Position numbers and translations under genes: made by a program
Origin: Auanema rhodensis
Taxonomy: Eukaryota; Animalia; Nematoda
Assembly (NCBI GenBank): GCA_964057225.1
Contig: OZ059897.1
Span: 17,484,001-17,548,000 of the forward strand
DNA: 64,000 nt
Direction: 5' to 3'
The notes under the pieces: model-generated
The model's database searches: none
What the model was told of the DNA's origin: nothing
What the model saw: only the letters and a program-made list of their open reading frames with translations
Shown: positions 32,101-47,100 of the stretch, piece by piece
Layout of the letters: each line of letters begins with the position of its first letter
Numbering within the stretch: position 1 is the first letter of the stretch

Positions 32101-35100
32101 AAATCTGATAACACAGATCGACGTAGCTTAAAAATCCGCATCGAATGCACTATACTACATTGAGAAACGCTTAATACAAAAATTAGTTATGATCGTTTGA
32201 AAAATGATGCATTAGTGTATGTTGAGTTTCCATGTACACTCAACATTGCTTCCAAAAACATTTTGACAAAAATTTTTTCGAAAAATTTCAAAATAATTTA
32301 GCAAAAAGTAGATGTTTTTAGATTCCTTTTTTCAAGGCAAAGACGATGGACAATGTTATTCAACGAAAAAAACAATTCTTCAGGGTGAAAATCGAGGATA
32401 TAAGTGTGAACTTATATCAGTTGATATATCGGTGCATTTTTAAGCTAGCGCAAATCTGATAACACAGATCGACGCAGCTTAAAAATCCGCATCGAATGCA
32501 CTATACTACATTGAGAAACGCTTGATACAAAAATTAGTTCTGATCGTTTGAAAAATGATGCATTAGTGTATGTTGAGTTTCCATGTACACTCAACATTGC
32601 TTCCAAAAACATTTTGACAAAAATTTTTTCGAAAAATTTCAAAATAATTTAGCAAAAAGTAGATGTTTTTAGATTCCTTTTTTCAAGGCAAAGACGATGG
32701 ACAATGTTATTCAACGAAAAAATTTATTCTTCAGGGTGAAAATCGAGGATATAAGTGTGAACTTATATCAGTTGATATATCGGTGCATTTTTAAGCTAGC
32801 GCAAATCTGATAACACAGATCGACGCAGCTTAAAAATCCGCATCGAATGCACTATACTACATTGAGAAACGCTTAATACAAAAATTAGTTATGATCGTTT
32901 GAAAAATGATGCATTAGTGTATGTTGAGTTTCCATGTACACTCAACATTGCTTCCAAAAACATTTTGACAAAACTTTTTTCGAAAAATTTCAAGATAATT
33001 TAGCAAAAAGTAGATGTTTTTAGATTCCTTTTTTCAAGGCAAAGACGATGGACAATGTTATTCAACGAAAAAAACAATTCTTCAGGGTGAAAATCGAGGA
33101 TATAAGTGTGAACTTATATCAGTTGATATATCGGTGCATTTTTAAGCTAGCGCAAATCTGATAACACAGATCGACGCAGCTTACAAATCCGCATCGAATG
33201 CACTATACTACATTGAGAAACGCTTAATACAAAAATTAGTTATGATCGTTTGAAAAATGATGCATTAGTGTATGTTGAGTTTCCATGTACACTCAACATT
33301 GCTTCCAAAAACATTTTGACAAAAATTTTTTCGAAAAATTTCAAGATAATTTAGCAAAAAGTAGATGTTTTCAGATTCCTTTTTTCAAGGCAAAGACGAT
33401 GGACAATGTTATTCAACGAAAAAATTAATTCTTCAGGGTGAAAATCGAGGATATAAGTGTGAACTTATATCAGTTGATATCTCGGTGCATTTTTAAGCTA
33501 GCGCAAATCTGATAACACAGATCGACGTAGCTTAAAAATCCGCATCGAATGCACTATACTACATTGAGAAACGCTTAATACAAAAATTAGTTATGATCGT
33601 TTGAAAAATGATGCATTAGTGTATGTTGAGTTTCCATGTACACTCAACATTGCTTCCAAAAACATTTTGACAAAAATTTTTTCGAAAAATTTCAAAATAA
33701 TTTAGCAAAAAGTAGATGTTTTTAGATTCCTTTTTTCAAGGCAAAGACGATGGACAATGTTATTTAACGAAAAAATTAATTCTTCAGGGTGAAAATCGAG
33801 GATATAAGTGTGAACTTATATCAGTTGATATCTCGGTGCATTTTTAAGCTAGCGCAAATCTGATAACACAGATCGACGCAGCTTACAAATCCGCATCGAA
33901 TGCACTATACTACATTGAGAAACGCTTAATACAAAAATTAGTTATGATCGTTTGAAAAATGATGCATTAGTGTATGTTGAGTTTCCATGTACACTCAACA
34001 TTGCTTCCAAAAACATTTTGACAAAAATTTTTTCGAAAAATTTCAAGATAATTTAGCAAAAAGTAGATGTTTTCAGATTCCTTTTTTCAAGGCAAAGACG
34101 ATGGACAATGTTATTCAACGAAAAAATTAATTCTTCAGGGTGAAAATCGAGGATATAAGTGTGAACTTATATCAGTTGATATCTCGGTGCATTTTTAAGC
34201 TAGCGCAAATCTGATAACACAGATCGACGTAGCTTAAAAATCCGCATCGAATGCACTATACTACATTGAGAAACGCTTAATACAAAAATTAGTTATGATC
34301 GTTTGAAAAATGATGCATTAGTGTATGTTGAGTTTCCATGTACACTCAACATTGCTTCCAAAAACATTTTGACAAAAATTTTTTCGAAAAATTTCAAAAT
34401 AATTTAGCAAAAAGTAGATGTTTTTAGATTCCTTTTTTCAAGGCAAAGACGATGGACAATGTTATTTAACGAAAAAATTAATTCTTCAGGGTGAAAATCG
34501 AGGATATAAGTGTGAACTTATATCAGTTGATATCTCGGTGCATTTTTAAGCTAGCGCAAATCTGATAACACAGATCGACGCAGCTTACAAATCCGCATCG
34601 AATGCACTATACTACATTGAGAAACGCTTAATACAAAAATTAGTTATGATCGTTTGAAAAATGATGCATTAGTGTATGTTGAGTTTCCATGTACACTCAA
34701 CATTGCTTCCAAAAACATTTTGACAAAAATTTTTTCGAAAAATTTCAAGATAATTTAGCAAAAAGTAGATGTTTTCAGATTCCTTTTTTCAAGGCAAAGA
34801 CGATGGACAATGTTATTCAACGAAAAAATTAATTCTTCAGGGTGAAAATCGAGGATATAAGTGTGAACTTATATCAGTTGATATCTCGGTGCATTTTTAA
34901 GCTAGCGCAAATCTGATAACACAGATCGACGCAGCTTAAAAATCCGCATCGAATGCACTATACTACATTGAGAAACGCTTAATACAAAAATTAGTTATGA
35001 TCGTTTGAAAAATGATGCATTAGTGTATGTTGAGTTTCCATGTACACTCAACATTGCTTCCAAAAACATTTTGACAAAACTTTTTTCGAAAAATTTCAAA

Positions 35101-38100
35101 ATAATTTAGCAAAAAGTAGATGTTTTTAGATTCCTTTTTTCAAGGCAAAGACGATGGACAATGTTATTCAACGAAAAAATTTATTCTTCAGGGTGAAAAT
35201 CGAGGATATAAGTGTGAACTTATATCAGTTGATATCTCGGTGCATTTTTAAGCTAGCGCAAATCTGATAACACAGATCGACGTAGCTTAAAAATCCGCAT
35301 CGAATGCACTATACTACATTGAGAAACGCTTAATACAAAAATTAGTTATGATCGTTTGAAAAATGATGCATTAGTGTATGTTGAGTTTCCATGTACACTC
35401 AACATTGCTTCCAAAAACATTTTGACAAAAATTTTTTCGAAAAATTTCAAAATAATTTAGCAAAAAGTAGATGTTTTTAGATTCCTTTTTTCAAGGCAAA
35501 GACGATGGACAATGTTATTCAACGAAAAAATTAATTCTTCAGGGTGAAAATCGAGGATATAAGTGTGAACTTATATCAGTTGATATCTCGGTGCATTTTT
35601 AAGCTAGCGCAAATCTGATAACACAGATCGACGTAGCTTAAAAATCCGCATCGAATGCACTATACTACATTGAGAAACGCTTAATACAAAAATTAGTTAT
35701 GATCGTTTGAAAAATGATGCATTAGTGTATGTTGAGTTTCCATGTACACTCAACATTGCTTCCAAAAACATTTTGACAAAAATTTTTTCGAAAAATTTCA
35801 AAATAATTTAGCAAAAAGTAGATGTTTTTAGATTCCTTTTTCCAAGGCAAAGACGATGGACAATGTTATTCAACGAAAAAAACAATTCTTCAGGGTGAAA
35901 ATCGAGGATATAAGTGTGAACTTATATCAGTTGATATATCGGTGCATTTTTAAGCTAGCGCAAATCTGATAACACAGATCGACGCAGCTTAAAAATCCGC
36001 ATCGAATGCACTATACTACATTGAGAAACGCTTGATACAAAAATTAGTTCTGATCGTTTGAAAAATGATGCATTAGTGTATGTTGAGTTTCCATGTACAC
36101 TCAACATTGCTTCCAAAAACATTTTGACAAAAATTTTTTCGAAAAATTTCAAAATAATTTAGCAAAAAGTAGATGTTTTTAGGTTCCTTTTTTCAAGGCA
36201 AAGACGATGGACAATGTTATTCAACGAAAAAAACAATTCTTCAGGGTGAAAATCGAGGATATAAGTGTGAACTTATATCAGTTGATATATCGGTGCATTT
36301 TTAAGCTAGCGCAAATCTGATAACACAGATCGACGCAGCTTACAAATCCGCATCGAATGCACTATACTACATTGAGAAACGCTTAATACAAAAATTAGTT
36401 ATGATCGTTTGAAAAATGATGCATTAGTGTATGTTGAGTTTCCATGTACACTCAACATTGCTTCCAAAAACATTTTGACAAAAATTTTTTCGAAAAATTT
36501 CAAGATAATTTAGCAAAAAGTAGATGTTTTCAGATTCCTTTTTTCAAGGCAAAGACGATGGACAATGTTATTCAACGAAAAAATTAATTCTTCAGGGTGA
36601 AAATCGAGGATATAAGTGTGAACTTATATCAGTTGATATCTCGGTGCATTTTTAAGCTAGCGCAAATCTGATAACACAGATCGACGTAGCTTAAAAATCC
36701 GCATCGAATGCACTATACTACATTGAGAAACGCTTAATACAAAAATTAGTTATGATCGTTTGAAAAATGATGCATTAGTGTATGTTGAGTTTCCATGTAC
36801 ACTCAACATTGCTTCCAAAAACATTTTGACAAAAATTTTTTCGAAAAATTTCAAAATAATTTAGCAAAAAGTAGATGTTTTTAGATTCCTTTTTTCAAGG
36901 CAAAGACGATGGACAATGTTATTTAACGAAAAAATTAATTCTTCAGGGTGAAAATCGAGGATATAAGTGTGAACTTATATCAGTTGATATCTCGGTGCAT
37001 TTTTAAGCTAGCGCAAATCTGATAACACAGATCGACGCAGCTTAAAAATCCGCATCGAATGCACTATACTACATTGAGAAACGCTTAATACAAAAATTAG
37101 TTATGATCGTTTGAAAAATGATGCATTAGTGTATGTTGAGTTTCCATGTACACTCAACATTGCTTCCAAAAACATTTTGACAAAAATTTTTTCGAAAAAT
37201 TTCAAAATAATTTAGCAAAAAGTAGATGTTTTCAGATTCCTTTTTTCAAGGCAAAGACGATGGACAATGTTATTCAACGAAAAAATTTATTCTTCAGGGT
37301 GAAAATCGAGGATATAAGTGTGAAATTATATCAGTTGATATCTCGGTGCATTTTTAAGCTAGCGCAAATCTGATAACACAGATCGACGCAGCTTAAAAAT
37401 CCGCATCGAATGCACTATACTACATTGAGAAACGCTTAATACAAAAATTAGTTATGATCGTTTGAAAAATGATGCATTAGTGTATGTTGAGTTTCCATGT
37501 ACACTCAACATTGCTTCCAAAAACATTTTGACAAAACTTTTTTCGAAAAATTTCAAAATAATTTAGCAAAAAGTAGATGTTTTTAGATTCCTTTTTTCAA
37601 GGCAAAGACGATGGACAATGTTATTCAACGAAAAAATTTATTCTTCAGGGTGAAAATCGAGGATATAAGTGTGAACTTATATCAGTTGATATATCGGTGC
37701 ATTTTTAAGCTAGCGCAAATCTGATAACACAGATCGACGCAGCTTAAAAATCTGCATCGAATGCACTATACTACATTGAGAAACGCTTAATACAAAAATT
37801 AGTTATGATCGTTTGAAAAATGATTCATTAGTGTATGTTGAGTTTCCATGTACACTCAACATTGCTTCCAAAAACATTTTGACAAAACTTTTTTCGAAAA
37901 ATTTCAAGATAATTTAGCAAAAAGTAGATGTTTTTAGATTCCTTTTTTCAAGGCAAAGACGATGGACAATGTTATTCAACGAAAAAATTAATTCTCCAGG
38001 GTGAAAATCGAGGATATGAGTGTGAACTTATATCAGTTGATATCTCGGTGCATTTTTAAGCTAGCGCAAATCTGATAACACAGATCGACGCAGCTTAAAA

Positions 38101-41100
38101 ATCCGCATCGAATGCACTATACTACATTGAGAAACGCTTAATACAAAAATTAGTTATGATCGTTTGAAAAATGATGCATTAGTGTATGTTGAGTTTCCAT
38201 GTACACTCAACATTGCTTCCAAAAACATTTTGACAAAACTTTTTTCGAAAAATTTCAAAATAATTTAGCAAAAAGTAGATGTTTTTAGATTCCTTTTTTC
38301 AAGGCAAAGACGATGGACAATGTTATTCAACGAAAAAATTAATTCTTCAGGGTGAAAATCGAGGATATAAGTGTGAACTTATATCAGTTGATATCTCGGT
38401 GCATTTTTAAGCTAGCGCAAATCTGATAACACAGATCGACGTAGCTTAAAAATCCGCATCGAATGCACTATACTACATTGAGAAACGCTTAATACAAAAA
38501 TTAGTTATGATCGTTTGAAAAATGATGCATTAGTGTATGTTGAGTTTCCATGTACACTCAACATTGCTTCCAAAAACATTTTGACAAAACTTTTTTCGAA
38601 AAATTTCAAAATAATTTAGCAAAAAGTAGATGTTTTTAGATTCCTTTTTTCAAGGCAAAGACGATGGACAATGTTATTCAACGAAAAAATTTATTCTTCA
38701 GGGTGAAAATCGAGGATATAAGTGTGAACTTATATCAGTTGATATATCGGTGCATTTTTAAGCTAGCGCAAATCTGATAACACAGATCGACGCAGCTTAA
38801 AAATCTGCATCGAATGCACTATACTACATTGAGAAACGCTTAATACAAAAATTAGTTATGATCGTTTGAAAAATGATTCATTAGTGTATGTTGAGTTTCC
38901 ATGTACACTCAACATTGCTTCCAAAAACATTTTGACAAAACTTTTTTCGAAAAATTTCAAGATAATTTAGCAAAAAGTAGATGTTTTTAGATTCCTTTTT
39001 TCAAGGCAAAGACGATGGACAATGTTATTCAACGAAAAAATTAATTCTCCAGGGTGAAAATCGAGGATATAAGTGTGAACTTATATCAGTTGATATCTCG
39101 GTGCATTTTTAAGCTAGCGCAAATCTGATAACACAGATCGACGCAGCTTAAAAATCCGCATCGAATGCACTATACTACATTGAGAAACGCTTAATACAAA
39201 AATTAGTTATGATCGTTTGAAAAATGATGCATTAGTGTATGTTGAGTTTCCATGTACACTCAACATTGCTTCCAAAAACATTTTGACAAAACTTTTTTCG
39301 AAAAATTTCAAAATAATTTAGCAAAAAGTAGATGTTTTTAGATTCCTTTTTTCAAGGCAAAGACGATGGACAATGTTATTCAACGAAAAAAACAATTCTT
39401 CAGGGTGAAAATCGAGGATATAAGTGTGAACTTATATCAGTTGATATATCGGTGCATTTTTAAGCTAGCGCAAATCTGATAACACAGATCGACGCAGCTT
39501 AAAAATCCGCATCGAATGCACTATACTACATTGAGAAACGCTTGATACAAAAATTAGTTCTGATCGTTTGAAAAATGATGCATTAGTGTATGTTGAGTTT
39601 CCATGTACACTCAACATTGCTTCCAAAAACATTTTGACAAAAATTTTTTCGAAAAATTTCAAAATAATTTAGCAAAAAGTAGATGTTTTTAGATTCCTTT
39701 TTTCAAGGCAAAGACGATGGACAATGTTATTCAACGAAAAAATTTATTCTTCAGGGTGAAAATCGAGGATATAAGTGTGAACTTATATCAGTTGATATAT
39801 CGGTGCATTTTTAAGCTAGCGCAAATCTGATAACACAGATCGACGCAGCTTAAAAATCCGCATCGAATGCACTATACTACATTGAGAAACGCTTAATACA
39901 AAAATTAGTTATGATCGTTTGAAAAATGATGCATTAGTGTATGTTGAGTTTCCATGTACACTCAACATTGCTTCCAAAAACATTTTGACAAAACTTTTTT
40001 CGAAAAATTTCAAGATAATTTAGCAAAAAGTAGATGTTTTTAGATTCCTTTTTTCAAGGCAAAGACGATGGACAATGTTATTCAACGAAAAAAACAATTC
40101 TTCAGGGTGAAAATCGAGGATATAAGTGTGAACTTATATCAGTTGATATATCGGTGCATTTTTAAGCTAGCGCAAATCTGATAACACAGATCGACGCAGC
40201 TTACAAATCCGCATCGAATGCACTATACTACATTGAGAAACGCTTAATACAAAAATTAGTTATGATCGTTTGAAAAATGATGCATTAGTGTATGTTGAGT
40301 TTCCATGTACACTCAACATTGCTTCCAAAAACATTTTGACAAAAATTTTTTCGAAAAATTTCAAAATAATTTAGCAAAAAGTAGATGTTTTTAGATTCCT
40401 TTTTTCAAGGCAAAGACGATGGACAATGTTATTCAACGAAAAAAACAATTCTTCAGGGTGAAAATCGAGGATATAAGTGTGAACTTATATCAGTTGATAT
40501 ATCGGTGCATTTTTAAGCTAGCGCAAATCTGATAACACAGATCGACGCAGCTTAAAAATCCGCATCGAATGCACTATACTACATTGAGAAACGCTTGATA
40601 CAAAAATTAGTTCTGATCGTTTGAAAAATGATGCATTAGTGTATGTTGAGTTTCCATGTACACTCAACATTGCTTCCAAAAACATTTTGACAAAAATTTT
40701 TTCGAAAAATTTCAAAATAATTTAGCAAAAAGTAGATGTTTTTAGATTCCTTTTTTCAAGGCAAAGACGATGGACAATGTTATTCAACGAAAAAATTTAT
40801 TCTTCAGGGTGAAAATCGAGGATATAAGTGTGAACTTATATCAGTTGATATATCGGTGCATTTTTAAGCTAGCGCAAATCTGATAACACAGATCGACGCA
40901 GCTTAAAAATCCGCATCGAATGCACTATACTACATTGAGAAACGCTTAATACAAAAATTAGTTATGATCGTTTGAAAAATGATGCATTAGTGTATGTTGA
41001 GTTTCCATGTACACTCAACATTGCTTCCAAAAACATTTTGACAAAACTTTTTTCGAAAAATTTCAAGATAATTTAGCAAAAAGTAGATGTTTTTAGATTC

Positions 41101-44100
41101 CTTTTTTCAAGGCAAAGACGATGGACAATGTTATTCAACGAAAAAAACAATTCTTCAGGGTGAAAATCGAGGATATAAGTGTGAACTTATATCAGTTGAT
41201 ATATCGGTGCATTTTTAAGCTAGCGCAAATCTGATAACACAGATCGACGCAGCTTACAAATCCGCATCGAATGCACTATACTACATTGAGAAACGCTTAA
41301 TACAAAAATTAGTTATGATCGTTTGAAAAATGATGCATTAGTGTATGTTGAGTTTCCATGTACACTCAACATTGCTTCCAAAAACATTTTGACAAAAATT
41401 TTTTCGAAAAATTTCAAGATAATTTAGCAAAAAGTAGATGTTTTCAGATTCCTTTTTTCAAGGCAAAGACGATGGACAATGTTATTCAACGAAAAAATTA
41501 ATTCTTCAGGGTGAAAATCGAGGATATAAGTGTGAACTTATATCAGTTGATATCTCGGTGCATTTTTAAGCTAGCGCAAATCTGATAACACAGATCGACG
41601 TAGCTTAAAAATCCGCATCGAATGCACTATACTACATTGAGAAACGCTTAATACAAAAATTAGTTATGATCGTTTGAAAAATGATGCATTAGTGTATGTT
41701 GAGTTTCCATGTACACTCAACATTGCTTCCAAAAACATTTTGACAAAAATTTTTTCGAAAAATTTCAAAATAATTTAGCGAAAAGTAGATGTTTTTAGAT
41801 TCCTTTTTTCAAGGCAAAGACGATGGACAATGTTATTTAACGAAAAAATTAATTCTTCAGGGTGAAAATCGAGGATAAAAGTGTGAACTTATATCAGTTG
41901 ATATCTCGGTGCATTTTTAAGCTAGCGCAAATCTGATAACACAGATCGACGCAGCTTAAAAATCCGCATCGAATGCACTATACTACATTGAGAAACGCTT
42001 AATACAAAAATTAGTTATGATCGTTTGAAAAATGATGCATTAGTGTATGTTGAGTTTCCATGTACACTCAACATTGCTTCCAAAAACATTTTGACAAAAC
42101 TTTTTTCGAAAAATTTCAAGATAATTTAGCGAAAAGTAGATGTTTTTAGATTCCTTTTTTCAAGGCAAAGACGATGGACAATGTTATTCAACGAAAAAAT
42201 TTATTCTTCAGGGTGAAAATCGAGGATATAAGTGTGAACTTATATCAGTTGATATATCGGTGCATTTTTAAGCTAGCGCAAATCTGATAACACAGATCGA
42301 CGCAGCTTAAAAATCTGCATCGAATGCACTATACTACATTGAGAAACGCTTAATACAAAAATTAGTTATGATCGTTTGAAAAATGATTCATTAGTGTATG
42401 TTGAGTTTCCATGTACACTCAACATTGCTTCCAAAAACATTTTGACAAAACTTTTTTCGAAAAATTTCAAGATAATTTAGCAAAAAGTAGATGTTTTTAG
42501 ATTCCTTTTTTCAAGGCAAAGACGATGGACAATGTTATTTAACGAAAAAATTAATTCTTCAGGGTGAAAATCGAGGATAAAAGTGTGAACTTATATCAGT
42601 TGATATCTCGGTGCATTTTTAAGCTAGCGCAAATCTGATAACACAGATCGACGCAGCTTAAAAATCCGCATCGAATGCACTATACTACATTGAGAAACGC
42701 TTAATACAAAAATTAGTTATGATCGTTTGAAAAATGATGCATTAGTGTATGTTGAGTTTCCATGTACACTCAACATTGCTTCCAAAAACATTTTGACAAA
42801 AATTTTTTCGAAAAATTTCAAAATAATTTAGCAAAAAGTAGATGTTTTCAGATTCCTTTTTTCAAGGCAAAGACGATGGACAATGTTATTCAACGAAAAA
42901 ATTAATTCTTCAGGGTGAAAATCGAGGATATAAGTGTGAACTTATATCAGTTGATATCTCGGTGCATTTTTAAGCTAGCGCAAATCTGATAACACAGATC
43001 GACGCAGCTTAAAAATCCGCATCGAATGCACTATACTACATTGAGAAACGCTTAATACAAAAATTAGTTATGATCGTTTGAAAAATGATGCATTAGTGTA
43101 TGTTGAGTTTCCATGTACACTCAACATTGCTTCCAAAAACATTTTGACAAAACTTTTTTCGAAAAATTTCAAAATAATTTAGCAAAAAGTAGATGTTTTT
43201 AGATTCCTTTTTTCAAGGCAAAGACGATGGACAATGTTATTCAACGAAAAAATTTATTCTTCAGGGTGAAAATCGAGGATATAAGTGTGAACTTATATCA
43301 GTTGATATATCGGTGCATTTTTAAGCTAGCGCAAATCTGATAACACAGATCGACGCAGCTTAAAAATCTGCATCGAATGCACTATACTACATTGAGAAAC
43401 GCTTAATACAAAAATTAGTTATGATCGTTTGAAAAATGATTCATTAGTGTATGTTGAGTTTCCATGTACACTCAACATTGCTTCCAAAAACATTTTGACA
43501 AAACTTTTTTCGAAAAATTTCAAGATAATTTAGCAAAAAGTAGATGTTTTTAGATTCCTTTTTTCAAGGCAAAGACGATGGACAATGTTATTCAACGAAA
43601 AAATTAATTCTCCAGGGTGAAAATCGAGGATATAAGTGTGAACTTATATCAGTTGATATCTCGGTGCATTTTTAAGCTAGCGCAAATCTGATAACACAGA
43701 TCGACGCAGCTTAAAAATCCGCATCGAATGCACTATACTACATTGAGAAACGCTTAATACAAAAATTAGTTATGATCGTTTGAAAAATGATGCATTAGTG
43801 TATGTTGAGTTTCCATGTACACTCAACATTGCTTCCAAAAACATTTTGACAAAAATTTTTTCGAAAAATTTCAAGATAATTTAGCAAAAAGTAGATGTTT
43901 TCAGATTCCTTTTTTCAAGGCAAAGACGATGGACAATGTTATTCAACGAAAAAATTAATTCTTCAGGGTGAAAATCGAGGATATAAGTGTGAACTTATAT
44001 CAGTTGATATCTCGGTGCATTTTTAAGCTAGCGCAAATCTGATAACACAGATCGACGCAGCTTAAAAATCCGCATCGAATGCACTATACTACATTGAGAA

Positions 44101-47100
44101 ACGCTTAATACAAAAATTAGTTATGATCGTTTGAAAAATGATGCATTAGTGTATGTTGAGTTTCCATGTACACTCAACATTGCTTCCAAAAACATTTTGA
44201 CAAAACTTTTTTCGAAAAATTTCAAAATAATTTAGCAAAAAGTAGATGTTTTTAGATTCCTTTTTTCAAGGCAAAGACGATGGACAATGTTATTCAACGA
44301 AAAAATTTATTCTTCAGGGTGAAAATCGAGGATATAAGTGTGAACTTATATCAGTTGATATATCGGTGCATTTTTAAGCTAGCGCAAATCTGATAACACA
44401 GATCGACGCAGCTTAAAAATCTGCATCGAATGCACTATACTACATTGAGAAACGCTTAATACAAAAATTAGTTATGATCGTTTGAAAAATGATTCATTAG
44501 TGTATGTTGAGTTTCCATGTACACTCAACATTGCTTCCAAAAACATTTTGACAAAACTTTTTTCGAAAAATTTCAAGATAATTTAGCAAAAAGTAGATGT
44601 TTTTAGATTCCTTTTTTCAAGGCAAAGACGATGGACAATGTTATTCAACGAAAAAATTAATTCTCCAGGGTGAAAATCGAGGATATAAGTGTGAACTTAT
44701 ATCAGTTGATATCTCGGTGCATTTTTAAGCTAGCGCAAATCTGATAACACAGATCGACGCAGCTTAAAAATCCGCATCGAATGCACTATACTACATTGAG
44801 AAACGCTTAATACAAAAATTAGTTATGATCGTTTGAAAAATGATGCATTAGTGTATGTTGAGTTTCCATGTACACTCAACATTGCTTCCAAAAACATTTT
44901 GACAAAACTTTTTTCGAAAAATTTCAAAATAATTTAGCAAAAAGTAGATGTTTTTAGATTCCTTTTTTCAAGGCAAAGACGATGGACAATGTTATTCAAC
45001 GAAAAAATTTATTCTTCAGGGTGAAAATCGAGGATATAAGTGTGAACTTATATCAGTTGATATATCGGTGCATTTTTAAGCTAGCGCAAATCTGATAACA
45101 CAGATCGACGCAGCTTAAAAATCTGCATCGAATGCACTATACTACATTGAGAAACGCTTAATACAAAAATTAGTTATGATCGTTTGAAAAATGATGCATT
45201 AGTGTATGTTGAGTTTCCATGTACACTCAACATTGCTTCCAAAAACATTTTGACAAAACTTTTTTCGAAAAATTTCAAAATAATTTAGCAAAAAGTAGAT
45301 GTTTTTAGATTCCTTTTTTCAAGGCAAAGACGATGGACAATGTTATTCAACGAAAAAATTTATTCTTCAGGGTGAAAATCGAGGATATAAGTGTGAACTT
45401 ATATCAGTTGATATATCGGTGCATTTTTAAGCTAGCGCAAATCTGATAACACAGATCGACGCAGCTTAAAAATCTGCATCGAATGCACTATACTACATTG
45501 AGAAACGCTTAATACAAAAATTAGTTATGATCGTTTGAAAAATGATGCATTAGTGTATGTTGAGTTTCCATGTACACTCAACATTGCTTCCAAAAACATT
45601 TTGACAAAAATTTTTTCGAAAAATTTCAAGATAATTTAGCAAAAAGTAGATGTTTTCAGATTCCTTTTTTCAAGGCAAAGACGATGGACAATGTTATTCA
45701 ACGAAAAAATTAATTCTTCAGGGTGAAAATCGAGGATATAAGTGTGAACTTATATCAGTTGATATCTCGGTGCATTTTTAAGCTAGCGCAAATCTGATAA
45801 CACAGATCGACGCAGCTTAAAAATCCGCATCGAATGCACTATACTACATTGAGAAACGCTTAATACAAAAATTAGTTATGATCGTTTGAAAAATGATGCA
45901 TTAGTGTATGTTGAGTTTCCATGTACACTCAACATTGCTTCCAAAAACATTTTGACAAAACTTTTTTCGAAAAATTTCAAAATAATTTAGCAAAAAGTAG
46001 ATGTTTTTAGATTCCTTTTTTCAAGGCAAAGACGATGGACAATGTTATTCAACGAAAAAATTTATTCTTCAGGGTGAAAATCGAGGATATAAGTGTGAAC
46101 TTATATCAGTTGATATATCGGTGCATTTTTAAGCTAGCGCAAATCTGATAACACAGATCGACGCAGCTTAAAAATCTGCATCGAATGCACTATACTACAT
46201 TGAGAAACGCTTAATACAAAAATTAGTTATGATCGTTTGAAAAATGATTCATTAGTGTATGTTGAGTTTCCATGTACACTCAACATTGCTTCCAAAAACA
46301 TTTTGACAAAACTTTTTTCGAAAAATTTCAAGATAATTTAGCAAAAAGTAGATGTTTTTAGATTCCTTTTTTCAAGGCAAAGACGATGGACAATGTTATT
46401 CAACGAAAAAATTAATTCTCCAGGGTGAAAATCGAGGATATAAGTGTGAACTTATATCAGTTGATATCTCGGTGCATTTTTAAGCTAGCGCAAATCTGAT
46501 AACACAGATCGACGCAGCTTAAAAATCCGCATCGAATGCACTATACTACATTGAGAAACGCTTAATACAAAAATTAGTTATGATCGTTTGAAAAATGATG
46601 CATTAGTGTATGTTGAGTTTCCATGTACACTCAACATTGCTTCCAAAAACATTTTGACAAAACTTTTTTCGAAAAATTTCAAAATAATTTAGCAAAAAGT
46701 AGATGTTTTTAGATTCCTTTTTTCAAGGCAAAGACGATGGACAATGTTATTTAACGAAAAAATTAATTCTTCAGGGTGAAAATCGAGGATATAAGTGTGA
46801 ACTTATATCAGTTGATATATCGGTGCATTTTTAAGCTAGCGCAAATCTGATAACACAGATCGACGCAGCTTAAAAATCTGCATCGAATGCACTATACTAC
46901 ATTGAGAAACGCTTAATACAAAAATTAGTTATGATCGTTTGAAAAATGATTCATTAGTGTATGTTGAGTTTCCATGTACACTCAACATTGCTTCCAAAAA
47001 CATTTTGACAAAACTTTTTTCGAAAAATTTCAAGATAATTTAGCAAAAAGTAGATGTTTTTAGATTCCTTTTTTCAAGGCAAAGACGATGGACAATGTTA